Virus record (IMG/VR): IMGVR_UViG_3300045988_100140
Span: 1-32,098 of that record
Direction: 5' to 3' (one strand)
Length of the DNA: 32,098 bases
Source: a virus
The translations under genes and the position numbers were made by a program. Below, piece after piece: positions 23,434 through 31,854 of the stretch; the first letter of the stretch is position 1; each line of letters opens with the position of its first letter. The notes under the pieces are model-generated. The model searched no databases. It saw only the letters and a program-made list of their open reading frames with translations, and had not been told where the DNA came from.

Positions 23434-23505
23434 GCTCCCGTAGCTCAATGGTAGAGCAGCTGCCTTGTAAGCAGCTGGCTGTGGGTTCAAATCCTACCGG
23501 GGGCT
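23434..23505 (+). tRNA. tRNA-Thr (anticodon UGU), no encoded CCA
   Basis: Hand-folded cloverleaf: acceptor gctcccg/cgggggc (one G-U pair); D-arm gctc-aatggta-gagc; anticodon arm gctgc-cTTGTaa-gcagc; variable loop tggct; T-arm gtggg-ttcaaat-cctac; discriminator U. 72 nt. Confidence 0.9.
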
Positions 23506-23585
23506 ACATTCTCTCCTTTTCAAAAACCTCCTTGTTATTAAAACTTTCCCCGCAGTTTTGGCTTTGGCATTTTACATGGGGACAC

Positions 23586-23617
23586 AAAAAGAGCAAGCAT
23601 TAGCCTGCTCTTTTTTG
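23586..23617. terminator. Bidirectional rho-independent terminator
   Basis: The gagcaagc-atta-gcctgctc hairpin (one mismatch) is flanked by aaaaa on the left and tttttt on the right. It separates the + strand tRNA from the convergent minus-strand cassette. Confidence 0.7.
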
Positions 23618-23626
23618 TTGCGATAG

Positions 23627-24067
23627 TTACCAAGACAGCTTCCTCAAAAAGTCGATGTCTGACCATGAAATACCATATTTTAGCTTAATGTCTTTTACGG
23701 AAGTGCAATTGGACTCATATGCCGGGATTTCGGATAAGCGCTTTACTTCGTTGTCCGTGAGGCTGTCGAAAATGTCACAGAGTTTTAAGCGGCTTTGGTA
23801 AAGGTCCTTCGATCTATACATGCCATATGCTTCGTCCCAATCTTTCGCAGGCACCTTGTTTTCCTCGATCTCTTCAAGTTTGGCGATGCAGCTCTTCCTG
23901 ATCCGCTCGCAAGCCTCTGAACGGATATTCCTGCTTTTTTTTGCTGCCTCCTCAATCAGGGACTCGATAACTGCTGACATCGTACAACCCTCCTTTTCTG
24001 CGAGTGCGGAAAGCGCGTTTTTCGTCCCCTCTGAAACTCTTACATGAATGATTTCTGTTTTGTTCAT
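23627..24067 (-). CDS. Ribbon-helix-helix (CopG/Arc-like) domain protein with an uncharacterised C-terminal domain
   Basis: 146 aa. SD ggagg lies 7 nt upstream. The N-terminus MNKTEIIHVRVSEGTKNALSALAEKEGCTMSAVIESLIEEAAK fits the RHH beta-alpha-alpha pattern. Confidence 0.8.
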   Translation of the reverse strand: MNKTEIIHVRVSEGTKNALSALAEKEGCTMSAVIESLIEEAAKKSRNIRSEACERIRKSCIAKLEEIEENKVPAKDWDEAYGMYRSKDLYQSRLKLCDIFDSLTDNEVKRLSEIPAYESNCTSVKDIKLKYGISWSDIDFLRKLSW

Positions 24068-24079
24068 CGTGATGCCTCC

Positions 24080-24346
24080 TTAATCTTCAACGATTGTAAA
24101 TACACTTTTGGGGATCCAAGTGGTCCAGCCCTTTACGGAACCGTCGATAGCGCCGGAGGAAAGGCGAACCTTCATCGCTTTTTCGCTCTCGCCGAGAACT
24201 TCTTCAACGTTTACGAAAACACAGCCGTCCTCTTCGTATCTGGTGCCGAGATCGGGATTTCTGCGGGTGTAGTCGATAAATACATTGTACGCCTTGGCGG
24301 TATCCTCGGTCTTGTCGTAGAACCAAGATTTAAGTTTAATCTCCAT
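24080..24346 (-). CDS. Hypothetical 88-aa protein, first gene of the antisense cassette
   Basis: SD caaggagg. MEIKLKSWFYDKTEDTAKAY...SEKAMKVRLSSGAIDGSVKGWTTWIPKSVFTIVED. No family confidently recognised. Confidence 0.75.
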   Translation of the reverse strand: MEIKLKSWFYDKTEDTAKAYNVFIDYTRRNPDLGTRYEEDGCVFVNVEEVLGESEKAMKVRLSSGAIDGSVKGWTTWIPKSVFTIVED

Positions 24347-24385
24347 GTTTGTTCCTCCTTGTGATTGGCTTCCTTTACTGTCTTT

Positions 24386-24414
24386 ATTATATCATGTGTA
24401 TATACATTTGTCAA
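24386..24414 (-). promoter_or_regulatory. Perfect consensus sigma-A/sigma-70 promoter (TTGACA-17 nt-TATAAT) driving the antisense cassette
   Basis: On the minus strand the -35 TTGACA is at 24414..24409, followed by the 17-nt spacer aatgtatatacacatga and the -10 TATAAT at 24391..24386. The spacer contains the palindrome TGTATATACA (24397..24406). Confidence 0.75.
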
Positions 24415-24583
24415 CACAAAATAGCACATAGTTTAATAATAATTGCACAAATTTCTAAAGTGAAATATGGCGTGTTATACAAAAAAGGAAGCCCGGCACA
24501 GGAAACACCGGGAGGGACAGGGCGGGTAATGATAAAAGGAGGACACATGGATTTACAAAAAGCAGATAGCAGTGTGCCACATT

Positions 24584-24994
24584 ATGACCGGCTCAACAAT
24601 AACCTATGCAAATGGCGCAAAAGTGGAAACGGCATATGTAACCAACCTTGATGATCCTGACCTCGTTATAAGGACTGCGCCAAATCTATCTTTGGCAATA
24701 AAAGCCGCAAATGAAACATACCTAAAAGAAAAAAAGAAAGTTTTACAAAAGAACCAATACCCGGATTATGTTTTGACGGCAGCGATGGCAAACACATACG
24801 CAAGCCGAGGGGTAGAATACAAGCTGCGAAAATGCGATTGCGTGAAAATATCAGCATTAGATGATCAGAAAGAAAAGAAAAAAGCCATATTCGGCGGCGG
24901 TCTTTTGCTGTCAGAACGAGCGGCAGCAGAACAATGGACGCTATCGGATAGGGAGTGGGAAATTGTTCGGAGTTTGGGCAATGGTTCCGTTTGA
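24584..24994 (+). CDS. Hypothetical protein upstream of the HNH gene (start uncertain)
   Basis: The ORF track starts it at GTG 24572, and the first ATG is at 24584 (MTGSTITYANGAKVETAYV...). Neither has a good SD. The only strong SD (aaggagg, 24536..24542) serves an out-of-frame ATG at 24547. Confidence 0.5.
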   Translation: MTGSTITYANGAKVETAYVTNLDDPDLVIRTAPNLSLAIKAANETYLKEKKKVLQKNQYPDYVLTAAMANTYASRGVEYKLRKCDCVKISALDDQKEKKKAIFGGGLLLSERAAAEQWTLSDREWEIVRSLGNGSV

Positions 24995-25232
24995 CTATAA
25001 TTCTCCCAAGTGGCGGAGAAAGCGGCACCAGATATTAAGGCGTGATAACTATATGTGCCAGCACTGCAAGAGATACGGAAAAGCAGTACAGGCAACAACC
25101 GTCCACCACATCCGGCACGCAGACGAGTACCCAGAACTGGCATACGATGAAAAGAATTTAGTAAGCCTGTGTGAGGGTTGCCATAACAAGCAGCACCCGG
25201 AAAAGTCCACAGCAGCAAGGGGCAGGTATTGA
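24981..25232 (+). CDS. HNH endonuclease (packaging-associated)
   Basis: The internal ATG at 24981 gives MVPFDYNSPKWRRKRHQILRRDNYMCQHCKRYG...VHHI...LVSLCEGCHNKQH (83 aa). It lies immediately upstream of the terminase genes. Confidence 0.9.
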   Translation: MVPFDYNSPKWRRKRHQILRRDNYMCQHCKRYGKAVQATTVHHIRHADEYPELAYDEKNLVSLCEGCHNKQHPEKSTAARGRY

Positions 25233-25328
25233 TACCCCCCCTATCCGTTGCGCCTTCCGCCTCTCTATGGGGACCGGCGGGGGGAACTCTTTCCAACTCT
25301 GCGGCATAATTTTGAGAAAGGGGAAGCC

Positions 25329-25694
25329 ATGAAAAAGGATAAATGGGTAGAAACTATCGAAAAACAGATGGAAAAGCTCGGCACGGCTGACCCGTCATAT
25401 CAATCTGCGGTTGAAACGCTGGCAGAGATCCTTGAGCAGCGGGACAAGACAAAGGCAGAGTTCAAAAAATCCGGCGGTAAGTCTGTCATCGAATACACGA
25501 ACAAGGGGAATGCAACCAATATGGTGAAGAACCCATTGCTAATCCTGTGGGACGACCTCAACAAAAGCGCACTGGCATACTGGCGCGAATTGGGGCTTAC
25601 TCCTTCGAGTTTTCGCAAAATGACCGGCGGAGTAAGGGAAAAGGAGGAAAAGGGCGGTCTTGCCGCTGCCCTTGCAAGCCTTGAGACAGATTAA
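25329..25694 (+). CDS. terS: Terminase small subunit (P27 family by eye)
   Basis: ATG at 25329 follows gagaaagggg. 121 aa. ...[40 protein letters not shown]. Confidence 0.85.
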   Translation: MKKDKWVETIEKQMEKLGTADPSYQSAVETLAEILEQRDKTKAEFKKSGGKSVIEYTNKGNATNMVKNPLLILWDDLNKSALAYWRELGLTPSSFRKMTGGVREKEEKGGLAAALASLETD

Positions 25695-27420
25695 GGGAAA
25701 GAACTGGGAGACTGTGCTTGAGTATTCCGAAAGCATCAGAGACGGAAGAAAGGTGGCCTGCAATGAATTGCGGCAGGCCGTTGACCGTTTCTTTGCCGAC
25801 CTCGATAATGACGAGTACGACTTTGCGACAAAAGGGCCGGAGTTTTGCATTCAGATTATTGAAAAGACGCTTTGCCACCAGCAAGGCGAAAAGATTGATG
25901 GCACACCGCTCCGAGGTATGCCGTTCATGCTGGAGCCATTCCACAAATTCATCATTTACAATCTTCTTGGGTTTAAGCTGAAAGGCACCGATGTAGTGCG
26001 ATTCCACGAAGCCCTTATTTTTATACCAAGAAAGAACATCAAGACAAGCTTTGCCGCATCACTTGCTTGGGCGCTTTCGCTTTGGTATCGGCGGTCTGGG
26101 TCAAAGACATACATATCGGCTGCAGCGTTGATGCAGTCCCTTGAGAGTTTTAACTTCCTCGATTACAACATCAGATTGATGGGCGAGGACGAGAAGCATG
26201 GCGGCTCTATCAAGATTATCGACAACAACAACGAACACTCGATGGATGCGGAGCTTGCGGACGGCTCGTTTTTCATCCGGGCACTGGCGGCAAACCCGGA
26301 CGCACAAGATTCGCTTAACTGCAACATTGCTATTTGCGATGAAATCCATGCTTTTACGAAGCCGAAGCAGTACAACCTTTTCAAAGAAGCGATGAAAGCC
26401 TACAGCAACAAGCTGCTGATTGGCATTTCGACTGCCGGTGATAACGAGCAGGGTTTCCTCGGGCAAAGGCTGCAGTATTGCCGGAAGGTGTTGGACGGCA
26501 CTGTAAAGGACGAGCAGTATTTCATCTTCATATGCTGCGCAAACCCGGACGAGGAAGGGAACATCGATTACACAAACCCGCTGGTACATGAGATGGCAAA
26601 CCCGGCCTATGGGGTCTCCATCAGACCGGAGGAAATATTAAACGACAGCTTGCAGGCACAGAATGACCCGCAGCAGAGAAAGGACTTTTTCGCCAAATCC
26701 CTCAATGTCTATACGAGCGCAATCAAGTCCTACTTTAACTTGGACGAGTTCCGCGCGAGTGATCAGAAGTATGGCTGGACGATGGACGAGCTGGCGCACC
26801 TGCCTATTAACTGGTACGGCGGTGCTGATCTCTCAAAGCTGCACGACCTGACCGCTGCGGCGCTGGTCGGCAATTACAAAGGCGTCGATATCGTGATCAG
26901 TCATGCGTGGTTCCCGGTCGTGCAGGCTTACAAAAAAGCCGACGAGGACGGTATCCCGCTTTTCGGGTGGGCAGACGATGGACTATTGACGATGTGTAAC
27001 AGCCCGACGGTCAACCACGCCGATGTGGTCAACTGGTTTATCGATATGCGGCGGCGTGGTTTCAAAATTCGACAGGTCGGTCATGATCGGAAATTCTGCC
27101 GGGAATATTTCATCGGCATGAAATCCGCGGGATTTAATATCGTTGACCAGCCGCAGTATTTTTACAAAAAATCCGAGGGGTTCCGCTACATCGAGCAAAG
27201 CGCAAAAAACGGAACGCTTTACTATATGCACAGCGAAGCCTATGAGTATTGCGTCGGGAATGTTTCCGCAATCGAAAAGACCGACGACATGATCCAATAC
27301 GAAAAAGTGAGACCGACAAACAGAATTGATGTGTTCGATGCCTCTGTATTTGCAACCGTCAGATATTTGGAGGCTCTCGATAAATCGAAAGCAGCAAAGA
27401 GATGGTGGGGTGATGAATAA
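25660..27420 (+). CDS. terL: Terminase large subunit (Terminase_1 type)
   Basis: 586 aa. ...[17 protein letters not shown] (Walker A-like) ...AICDEIHAF (Walker B-like), plus a C-terminal nuclease domain. The TTG start overlaps the terS end, and the exact start is uncertain. Confidence 0.95.
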   Translation: MPLPLQALRQIKGKNWETVLEYSESIRDGRKVACNELRQAVDRFFADLDNDEYDFATKGPEFCIQIIEKTLCHQQGEKIDGTPLRGMPFMLEPFHKFIIYNLLGFKLKGTDVVRFHEALIFIPRKNIKTSFAASLAWALSLWYRRSGSKTYISAAALMQSLESFNFLDYNIRLMGEDEKHGGSIKIIDNNNEHSMDAELADGSFFIRALAANPDAQDSLNCNIAICDEIHAFTKPKQYNLFKEAMKAYSNKLLIGISTAGDNEQGFLGQRLQYCRKVLDGTVKDEQYFIFICCANPDEEGNIDYTNPLVHEMANPAYGVSIRPEEILNDSLQAQNDPQQRKDFFAKSLNVYTSAIKSYFNLDEFRASDQKYGWTMDELAHLPINWYGGADLSKLHDLTAAALVGNYKGVDIVISHAWFPVVQAYKKADEDGIPLFGWADDGLLTMCNSPTVNHADVVNWFIDMRRRGFKIRQVGHDRKFCREYFIGMKSAGFNIVDQPQYFYKKSEGFRYIEQSAKNGTLYYMHSEAYEYCVGNVSAIEKTDDMIQYEKVRPTNRIDVFDASVFATVRYLEALDKSKAAKRWWGDE

Positions 27421-27422
27421 CC

Positions 27423-28610
27423 ATGGCTAATTTTTTTAATCGCTTCCGCTCACGGGATAAGCCCCAAAAGCGGAGCGCGGTTTGTTTCTGCGACCAAAAT
27501 AACTGGAGCGACTTGACCTGCGCCGGTTATACGGATTTGGCTCACAATCCGGAAATATGCGCAGCGGTTGACCGGATTGCATCGCTGATCGGAAGCATGA
27601 CGATCTATTTGATGCAAAACACGGAAAACGGCGATGTCCGTGTCAAGAACGGGCTTTCCCGCGTTGTTGACATCGAGCCAAACGACTATATGGGCCGCTT
27701 GAATTTTATCCAGTGGATTATCAAAACGATGATGCTGGACGGACGAGGGAATGCTGTTGTACTGCCAAAAACCCGAAAGGGATATCTCCGCAGGCTCGAT
27801 CCAATCCCGGCGGCGTTTGTGGCATTTGTGCCGGAAGGAGATAGGTACTACAGCATCGAGATCTCCGGGAAATCTTATGACCCGCAAGATGTTTTGCACT
27901 TTGCGATCAATCCAAGTAACTATTACCCGTGGCAAGGGACTGGCTTTAATGTCGTTCTTGCCGATGTTGCCAACAACCTCAAGCAAGCAGCGGCGACGGA
28001 AAAGGGGTTCATGCGCAGCGAATGGAAACCGTCCTTGATTGTAAAAGTTGATGCGATGGCGGACGAGTTTTCCAGCCCAGAGGGGCGCGCGAAGCTCCTC
28101 GAAGAATTCGTTTCCTCCAACATCGCCGGTGAGCCTTGGCTCATTCCGGCGGAACAATTCTCGGTGGAACAGGTACGGCCCCTTACCCTCTCCGATCTGG
28201 CTTTGGCAGACTTCGTAAAACTGGATAAGACTACGGTGGCAACCATTCTCGGTGTGCCGCCTTTTGTTTTGGGAGTCGGAGAATTTAAACGTGACGAGTG
28301 GAACAACTTTATTTCCTCACGCATCATGCCGATTGCTCAAATCCTCGAACAGGAATTCAGCCGAAAGCTGCTTTACTCGCCGGATCTGTTTTTCCGCTTT
28401 AATGTGCGCTCGCTCTATAACTACTCGCTGGACGAGACCATTAAAGCGGGCGCTGAAATGGTCGACCGCATGGCAATGACCAGGAACGAGTGGCGTAGCT
28501 GGGTTGGACTTCCTCCGCACGAGGGCATGGACGAGCTTTTGGCCCTTGAAAACTACATTCCCGCTGACCGCCTAGGCGATCAGAAAAAACTAAACGGAGG
28601 AGGTGAGTAA
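27423..28610 (+). CDS. Portal protein (HK97 family)
   Basis: 395 aa, immediately after terL. The sequence pattern is typical of HK97-type portals by eye. Confidence 0.95.
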   Translation: MANFFNRFRSRDKPQKRSAVCFCDQNNWSDLTCAGYTDLAHNPEICAAVDRIASLIGSMTIYLMQNTENGDVRVKNGLSRVVDIEPNDYMGRLNFIQWIIKTMMLDGRGNAVVLPKTRKGYLRRLDPIPAAFVAFVPEGDRYYSIEISGKSYDPQDVLHFAINPSNYYPWQGTGFNVVLADVANNLKQAAATEKGFMRSEWKPSLIVKVDAMADEFSSPEGRAKLLEEFVSSNIAGEPWLIPAEQFSVEQVRPLTLSDLALADFVKLDKTTVATILGVPPFVLGVGEFKRDEWNNFISSRIMPIAQILEQEFSRKLLYSPDLFFRFNVRSLYNYSLDETIKAGAEMVDRMAMTRNEWRSWVGLPPHEGMDELLALENYIPADRLGDQKKLNGGGE

Positions 28611-29186
28611 ATGGTAGGAGCAAGACAGGCGATTTGCAGAAACGGCGATTTTAAGACCCGCGCTGCCGATGGGAACCTCTACATTGAGGGGTATTTTGCA
28701 ACATTTACCGGCGAGTACAGAATGTGGGACAAAGCTGTTGAGCGGATTGACCGAGAGGCATTTGACGGAACGCTCGGCGATGATATCCGCGCCTTGGTCA
28801 ACCATGACACGACCATCGTGCTCGGTAGAACAACATCCGGAACGCTGACCCTCCGCGTTGATGATATCGGCCTTTGGGGGTCTATCCTCGTCAACCAAGC
28901 CGACCAAGATGCGATGAACGCCTACGAGCGAGTAAAGCGCGGCGATGTTTCGCAGTGCTCTTTCGGGTTTGACATTATCAGCGAAGAAACTGAAATTCGT
29001 CCCGATGGCGCAACTGTGTGGACACTGAAAAAGGTCAAGCTGTACGAGGTCTCGGTCGTAACGTTCCCTGCATACGAGGACACGATGGTTGAGGCACGAA
29101 GAAAAGACCTTGAAAAGATCAACGAGCGCAAGCTTGAACAATGGAGGGCAGATGCTCTCAAAAAGCTAAAAGGAAAGGGGTGCTGA
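28611..29186 (+). CDS. Prohead maturation protease (HK97 family, S78)
   Basis: 191 aa. ...IEGYFATF...IRALVNHD...VLGRT...SQCSFGF...LYEVSVVTFPAY. Confidence 0.9.
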   Translation: MVGARQAICRNGDFKTRAADGNLYIEGYFATFTGEYRMWDKAVERIDREAFDGTLGDDIRALVNHDTTIVLGRTTSGTLTLRVDDIGLWGSILVNQADQDAMNAYERVKRGDVSQCSFGFDIISEETEIRPDGATVWTLKKVKLYEVSVVTFPAYEDTMVEARRKDLEKINERKLEQWRADALKKLKGKGC

Positions 29187-29187
29187 T

Positions 29188-30879
29188 ATGGCACTGAAAG
29201 CAATTATGATCGGCCACAAGCTGGAGCTGAAAAGATCTGCACTTGCGGAACTGACTGCAAAAGATGCGGAATTTGAGACCCGCTCGGCTGAGATTGAAAA
29301 GGCAATCGGCGAAGCAACTACAGACGAGGAGCAGAGTGCGGTGGAGGAGGCTATGACCAAGTACACTGAAGATCTCGACGCTCACAATTCAGAAAAAGAA
29401 AAACTGTCCGCAGAAATCGAGGGGCTTGAAAAAGACCTCGAAGATGCAGAGAAAGACCAGCCCGAACCCAAGGGCGAACCGGAACCCAAAAAGAAAGACG
29501 AAAGGAATGATTTCACCATGAATACCATCAACATTCGCTCCCTCCCCATGAATGTACGAGCCTTTGATGCGCTGCCCAAGGAGCAGCGCGATGCCATCGT
29601 AGCCCAGCCCGACGTGCAGACCTTCTTTTCCGAGCTGCGAAACGCTGCCCGTAGCAAACGTGATATCACCGGCGGTGAGCTGACTATCCCCATCGTATTC
29701 CTCGACCTAATTGCCGAGAATATGTACCGCTATTCCAAGCTGATGCGCCGCGTCCGTATCCGGAATGTCAATGGAGAAGCCCGTCAGACTATTGCCGGTA
29801 CTGTCCCCGAAGCGGTTTGGACTGAGATGTGCGGTGCTATCAACGAGCTGACCTTCAGCTTCAATCAGATCACACTCGACGGCTTTAAGGTAGCCGGTTA
29901 TGTGCCCGTTTGCAACTCTCTGCTTGAGGACAACGATGTAAACCTCGCCTCTTGGATCGTGGAGATGCTGTCCGAGGCTATCGGTCTTGCAAAAGATAAA
30001 GCAATCCTTTATGGCAAGGGCTCCGGTCAGAAGATGCCCCTCGGTATTGTGACCCGTCTGGCACAGGAGAGCAAGCCGACCGACTATCCCGCTACCGCTC
30101 CCGCTTGGGTCGACCTGCACACCTCCAACATCATCACCATTCCTACCGCTTCCACCGGCGAGGCTTTCTGGGCTGCTCTGGCTGTTGCTGCCGGTAACAC
30201 CTTTACTCGCTACTCCCGCGGCGAGCGCTTCTGGGCAATGAATAGCAAGACCCTCGCTACTCTGCAGTCCAAGGCGATCCTCGCCACCGCCCTCGGTCGT
30301 TATGTCACCTTTGATGGCATGACCATGCCCATCATCGGCGGCGATGTGGAGATCCTTGAATTTATCCCCGACGGCGATATCGTTGGCGGCTACGGCGATC
30401 TGTACCTGTGGGCGCAGCGCTCCGGCATGACCATTGAGGCTTCCCGCGAGGTTCAGTTCATTCAGGACAACACCGTGTTCCGTGGCAAGGAGCGTGCTGA
30501 CGGTATGCCCGTTATTCCCGGCGCTTTCGTTGCCATCAACATCAACGGTTCTGCGGTTACCACCTCCATGACCTTTGCGGCAGATAACGCCAACAACGCC
30601 AAGCTGTCTGCTCTGACTGTCGGCAGCCTGTCTCTCAGTCCCGCATTTGACGGTGATGTTCTGAGCTACACCGCTACAGCTTCCGCTGCGACTTCCGCTG
30701 TGAACGCCACCACCGAGGTTGCCGGTGCTCAGGTCGCGATCTCTTACAACAACGCCAATGTGAAAAACGGCGGCACTGTTACTTGGCTGGCTGATGGCAC
30801 TGCCCATCCTCTGACCGTAACCGTGAAGAACGGCAACGAGACCGTAGTCTATACCGTCAATGTAACCAAGGCTTCCTAA
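29188..30879 (+). CDS. Major capsid protein (HK97 fold) with an N-terminal coiled-coil delta/scaffold region and a C-terminal cadherin-like/Ig-like beta-sandwich extension
   Basis: 563 aa. The N-terminal ~110 aa are acidic coiled coil. The core is HK97-like. The last ~93 aa (30598..30876) read LSALTVGSLSLSPAFDGDVLSYTATA...TVTVKNGNETVVYTVNVTK. Confidence 0.9.
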   Translation: MALKAIMIGHKLELKRSALAELTAKDAEFETRSAEIEKAIGEATTDEEQSAVEEAMTKYTEDLDAHNSEKEKLSAEIEGLEKDLEDAEKDQPEPKGEPEPKKKDERNDFTMNTINIRSLPMNVRAFDALPKEQRDAIVAQPDVQTFFSELRNAARSKRDITGGELTIPIVFLDLIAENMYRYSKLMRRVRIRNVNGEARQTIAGTVPEAVWTEMCGAINELTFSFNQITLDGFKVAGYVPVCNSLLEDNDVNLASWIVEMLSEAIGLAKDKAILYGKGSGQKMPLGIVTRLAQESKPTDYPATAPAWVDLHTSNIITIPTASTGEAFWAALAVAAGNTFTRYSRGERFWAMNSKTLATLQSKAILATALGRYVTFDGMTMPIIGGDVEILEFIPDGDIVGGYGDLYLWAQRSGMTIEASREVQFIQDNTVFRGKERADGMPVIPGAFVAININGSAVTTSMTFAADNANNAKLSALTVGSLSLSPAFDGDVLSYTATASAATSAVNATTEVAGAQVAISYNNANVKNGGTVTWLADGTAHPLTVTVKNGNETVVYTVNVTKAS

Positions 30880-30892
30880 GGGGGGTTAAAGC

Positions 30893-31174
30893 ATGACAGA
30901 CGCTGATATCCTTGTGATTTTGAAAGTCGATTTGCAGCTTTCCACCGCAGCGCTTGACGATTATCTCTTGGCGCTGATCGCGTCTGCCAAAGAATACATT
31001 GCCACCGAGGGTATCGTGCTCTCCGCCAGTATGGGTGATGCCGTGCTGGTGGAGATGTACGCCGCTTACCTCTACCGGCAGCGTAGAGAAAAAGTAGTGG
31101 CAATGCCGCGCATGCTGCGCTGGGCGCTTAACAACCGACTGATGGAGCAGAAAGCGGGTGCCGCAAATGGATGA
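30893..31174 (+). CDS. Head-tail connector (gp6-like / Phage_connect_1)
   Basis: 93 aa. MTDADILVILKVDLQLSTAALDDYLLALIASAKEYI.... It is the first gene after the capsid gene. Confidence 0.8.
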   Translation: MTDADILVILKVDLQLSTAALDDYLLALIASAKEYIATEGIVLSASMGDAVLVEMYAAYLYRQRREKVVAMPRMLRWALNNRLMEQKAGAANG

Positions 31175-31478
31175 TCTCCTTGACCTTATCTTGGAAGAAT
31201 ACACCATCAACGATATTGGAGTACAGATCGCAACCGAGACGGTGACGCAGGTGTGGGCGCGGGTTCAGTCTGCAAGCAGATCAGAATTCTATTCCGCTGG
31301 GCAAAGTGGATTGCAGCCGTCTTTGGTAGCTATTACGCCCATCGCAAACTACGCCGGGCAGAAGATCGCGGAATGGCGTGGAAAGCGGTATTTTATCTAT
31401 CGCACTTATTTTGCGACCGGCAGCGACGAAATCGAGCTGTACCTTGAAGAAAAGGTGGGCGTTGATGAAAACGATTAA
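31167..31478 (+). CDS. Head closure / head-tail adaptor protein
   Basis: ATG at 31167 (the ORF-track GTG at 31158 is an alternative). About 103 aa. ...VWARVQSASRSEFYSAGQSG...IYRTY.... Confidence 0.75.
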   Translation: MDDLLDLILEEYTINDIGVQIATETVTQVWARVQSASRSEFYSAGQSGLQPSLVAITPIANYAGQKIAEWRGKRYFIYRTYFATGSDEIELYLEEKVGVDEND

Positions 31479-31854
31479 ACCGGACGAGCTGGCAACGGCA
31501 ATCATGGACGAGCTGCACGCCTATGACCAAAAGGTTACGGATGGCATAAAAAAAGAGATCCGCCAAGTGGCGAAAGAGTGCAGACAGGATATCGTTGAGC
31601 ACAGCCCTGTCGATACCGGCAAGTACAAATCCGGTTGGAAAGATAAAGTGAAGTACGAAGATGCGTCCAATATCCGCATTACGGTTTATAACAAAAAAGA
31701 CCCGTATCTCACCCATCTGCTTGAACATGGTCACGCCGGTCCCGGCGGAATTGCGAAAGGATCTGCGAGACCGTTCCCACACATTGCCCCCGCCGAGCAG
31801 CGGGCGGAAGAAAAGCTTATGCGCAAAGTAAAGGTGGTGGTGAAAAGGGCATGA
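31465..31854 (+). CDS. HK97 gp10-family head-tail joining protein
   Basis: The internal ATG at 31465 gives MKTIKPDELATAIMDEL...SPVDTGKYKSGW...HLLEHGH (129 aa). Confidence 0.75.
   Translation: MKTIKPDELATAIMDELHAYDQKVTDGIKKEIRQVAKECRQDIVEHSPVDTGKYKSGWKDKVKYEDASNIRITVYNKKDPYLTHLLEHGHAGPGGIAKGSARPFPHIAPAEQRAEEKLMRKVKVVVKRA

Noticed and set aside
23434-23505. Suppressor tRNA / stop-codon recoding
   Set aside because: The anticodon loop reads cTTGTaa, which gives anticodon UGU (Thr). Genes throughout the window terminate normally at TAA, TAG and TGA, with no in-frame stops that would need recoding.
23343-23603. 86-aa + ORF as a genuine full-length protein
   Set aside because: Codons ~31..55 are the tRNA-Thr sequence itself, and the rest is low-quality sequence running into the terminator. 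Only its SD and first ~25 codons might be meaningful, and those are discussed as a finding.
29707-30807. 366-aa minus-strand ORF antisense to the major capsid gene
   Set aside because: It lies entirely inside a well-supported HK97-type capsid gene. Its composition is Gly/Ser/Ala-rich and low in complexity, and it has no SD. This is the typical antisense open frame of a GC-biased coding region.
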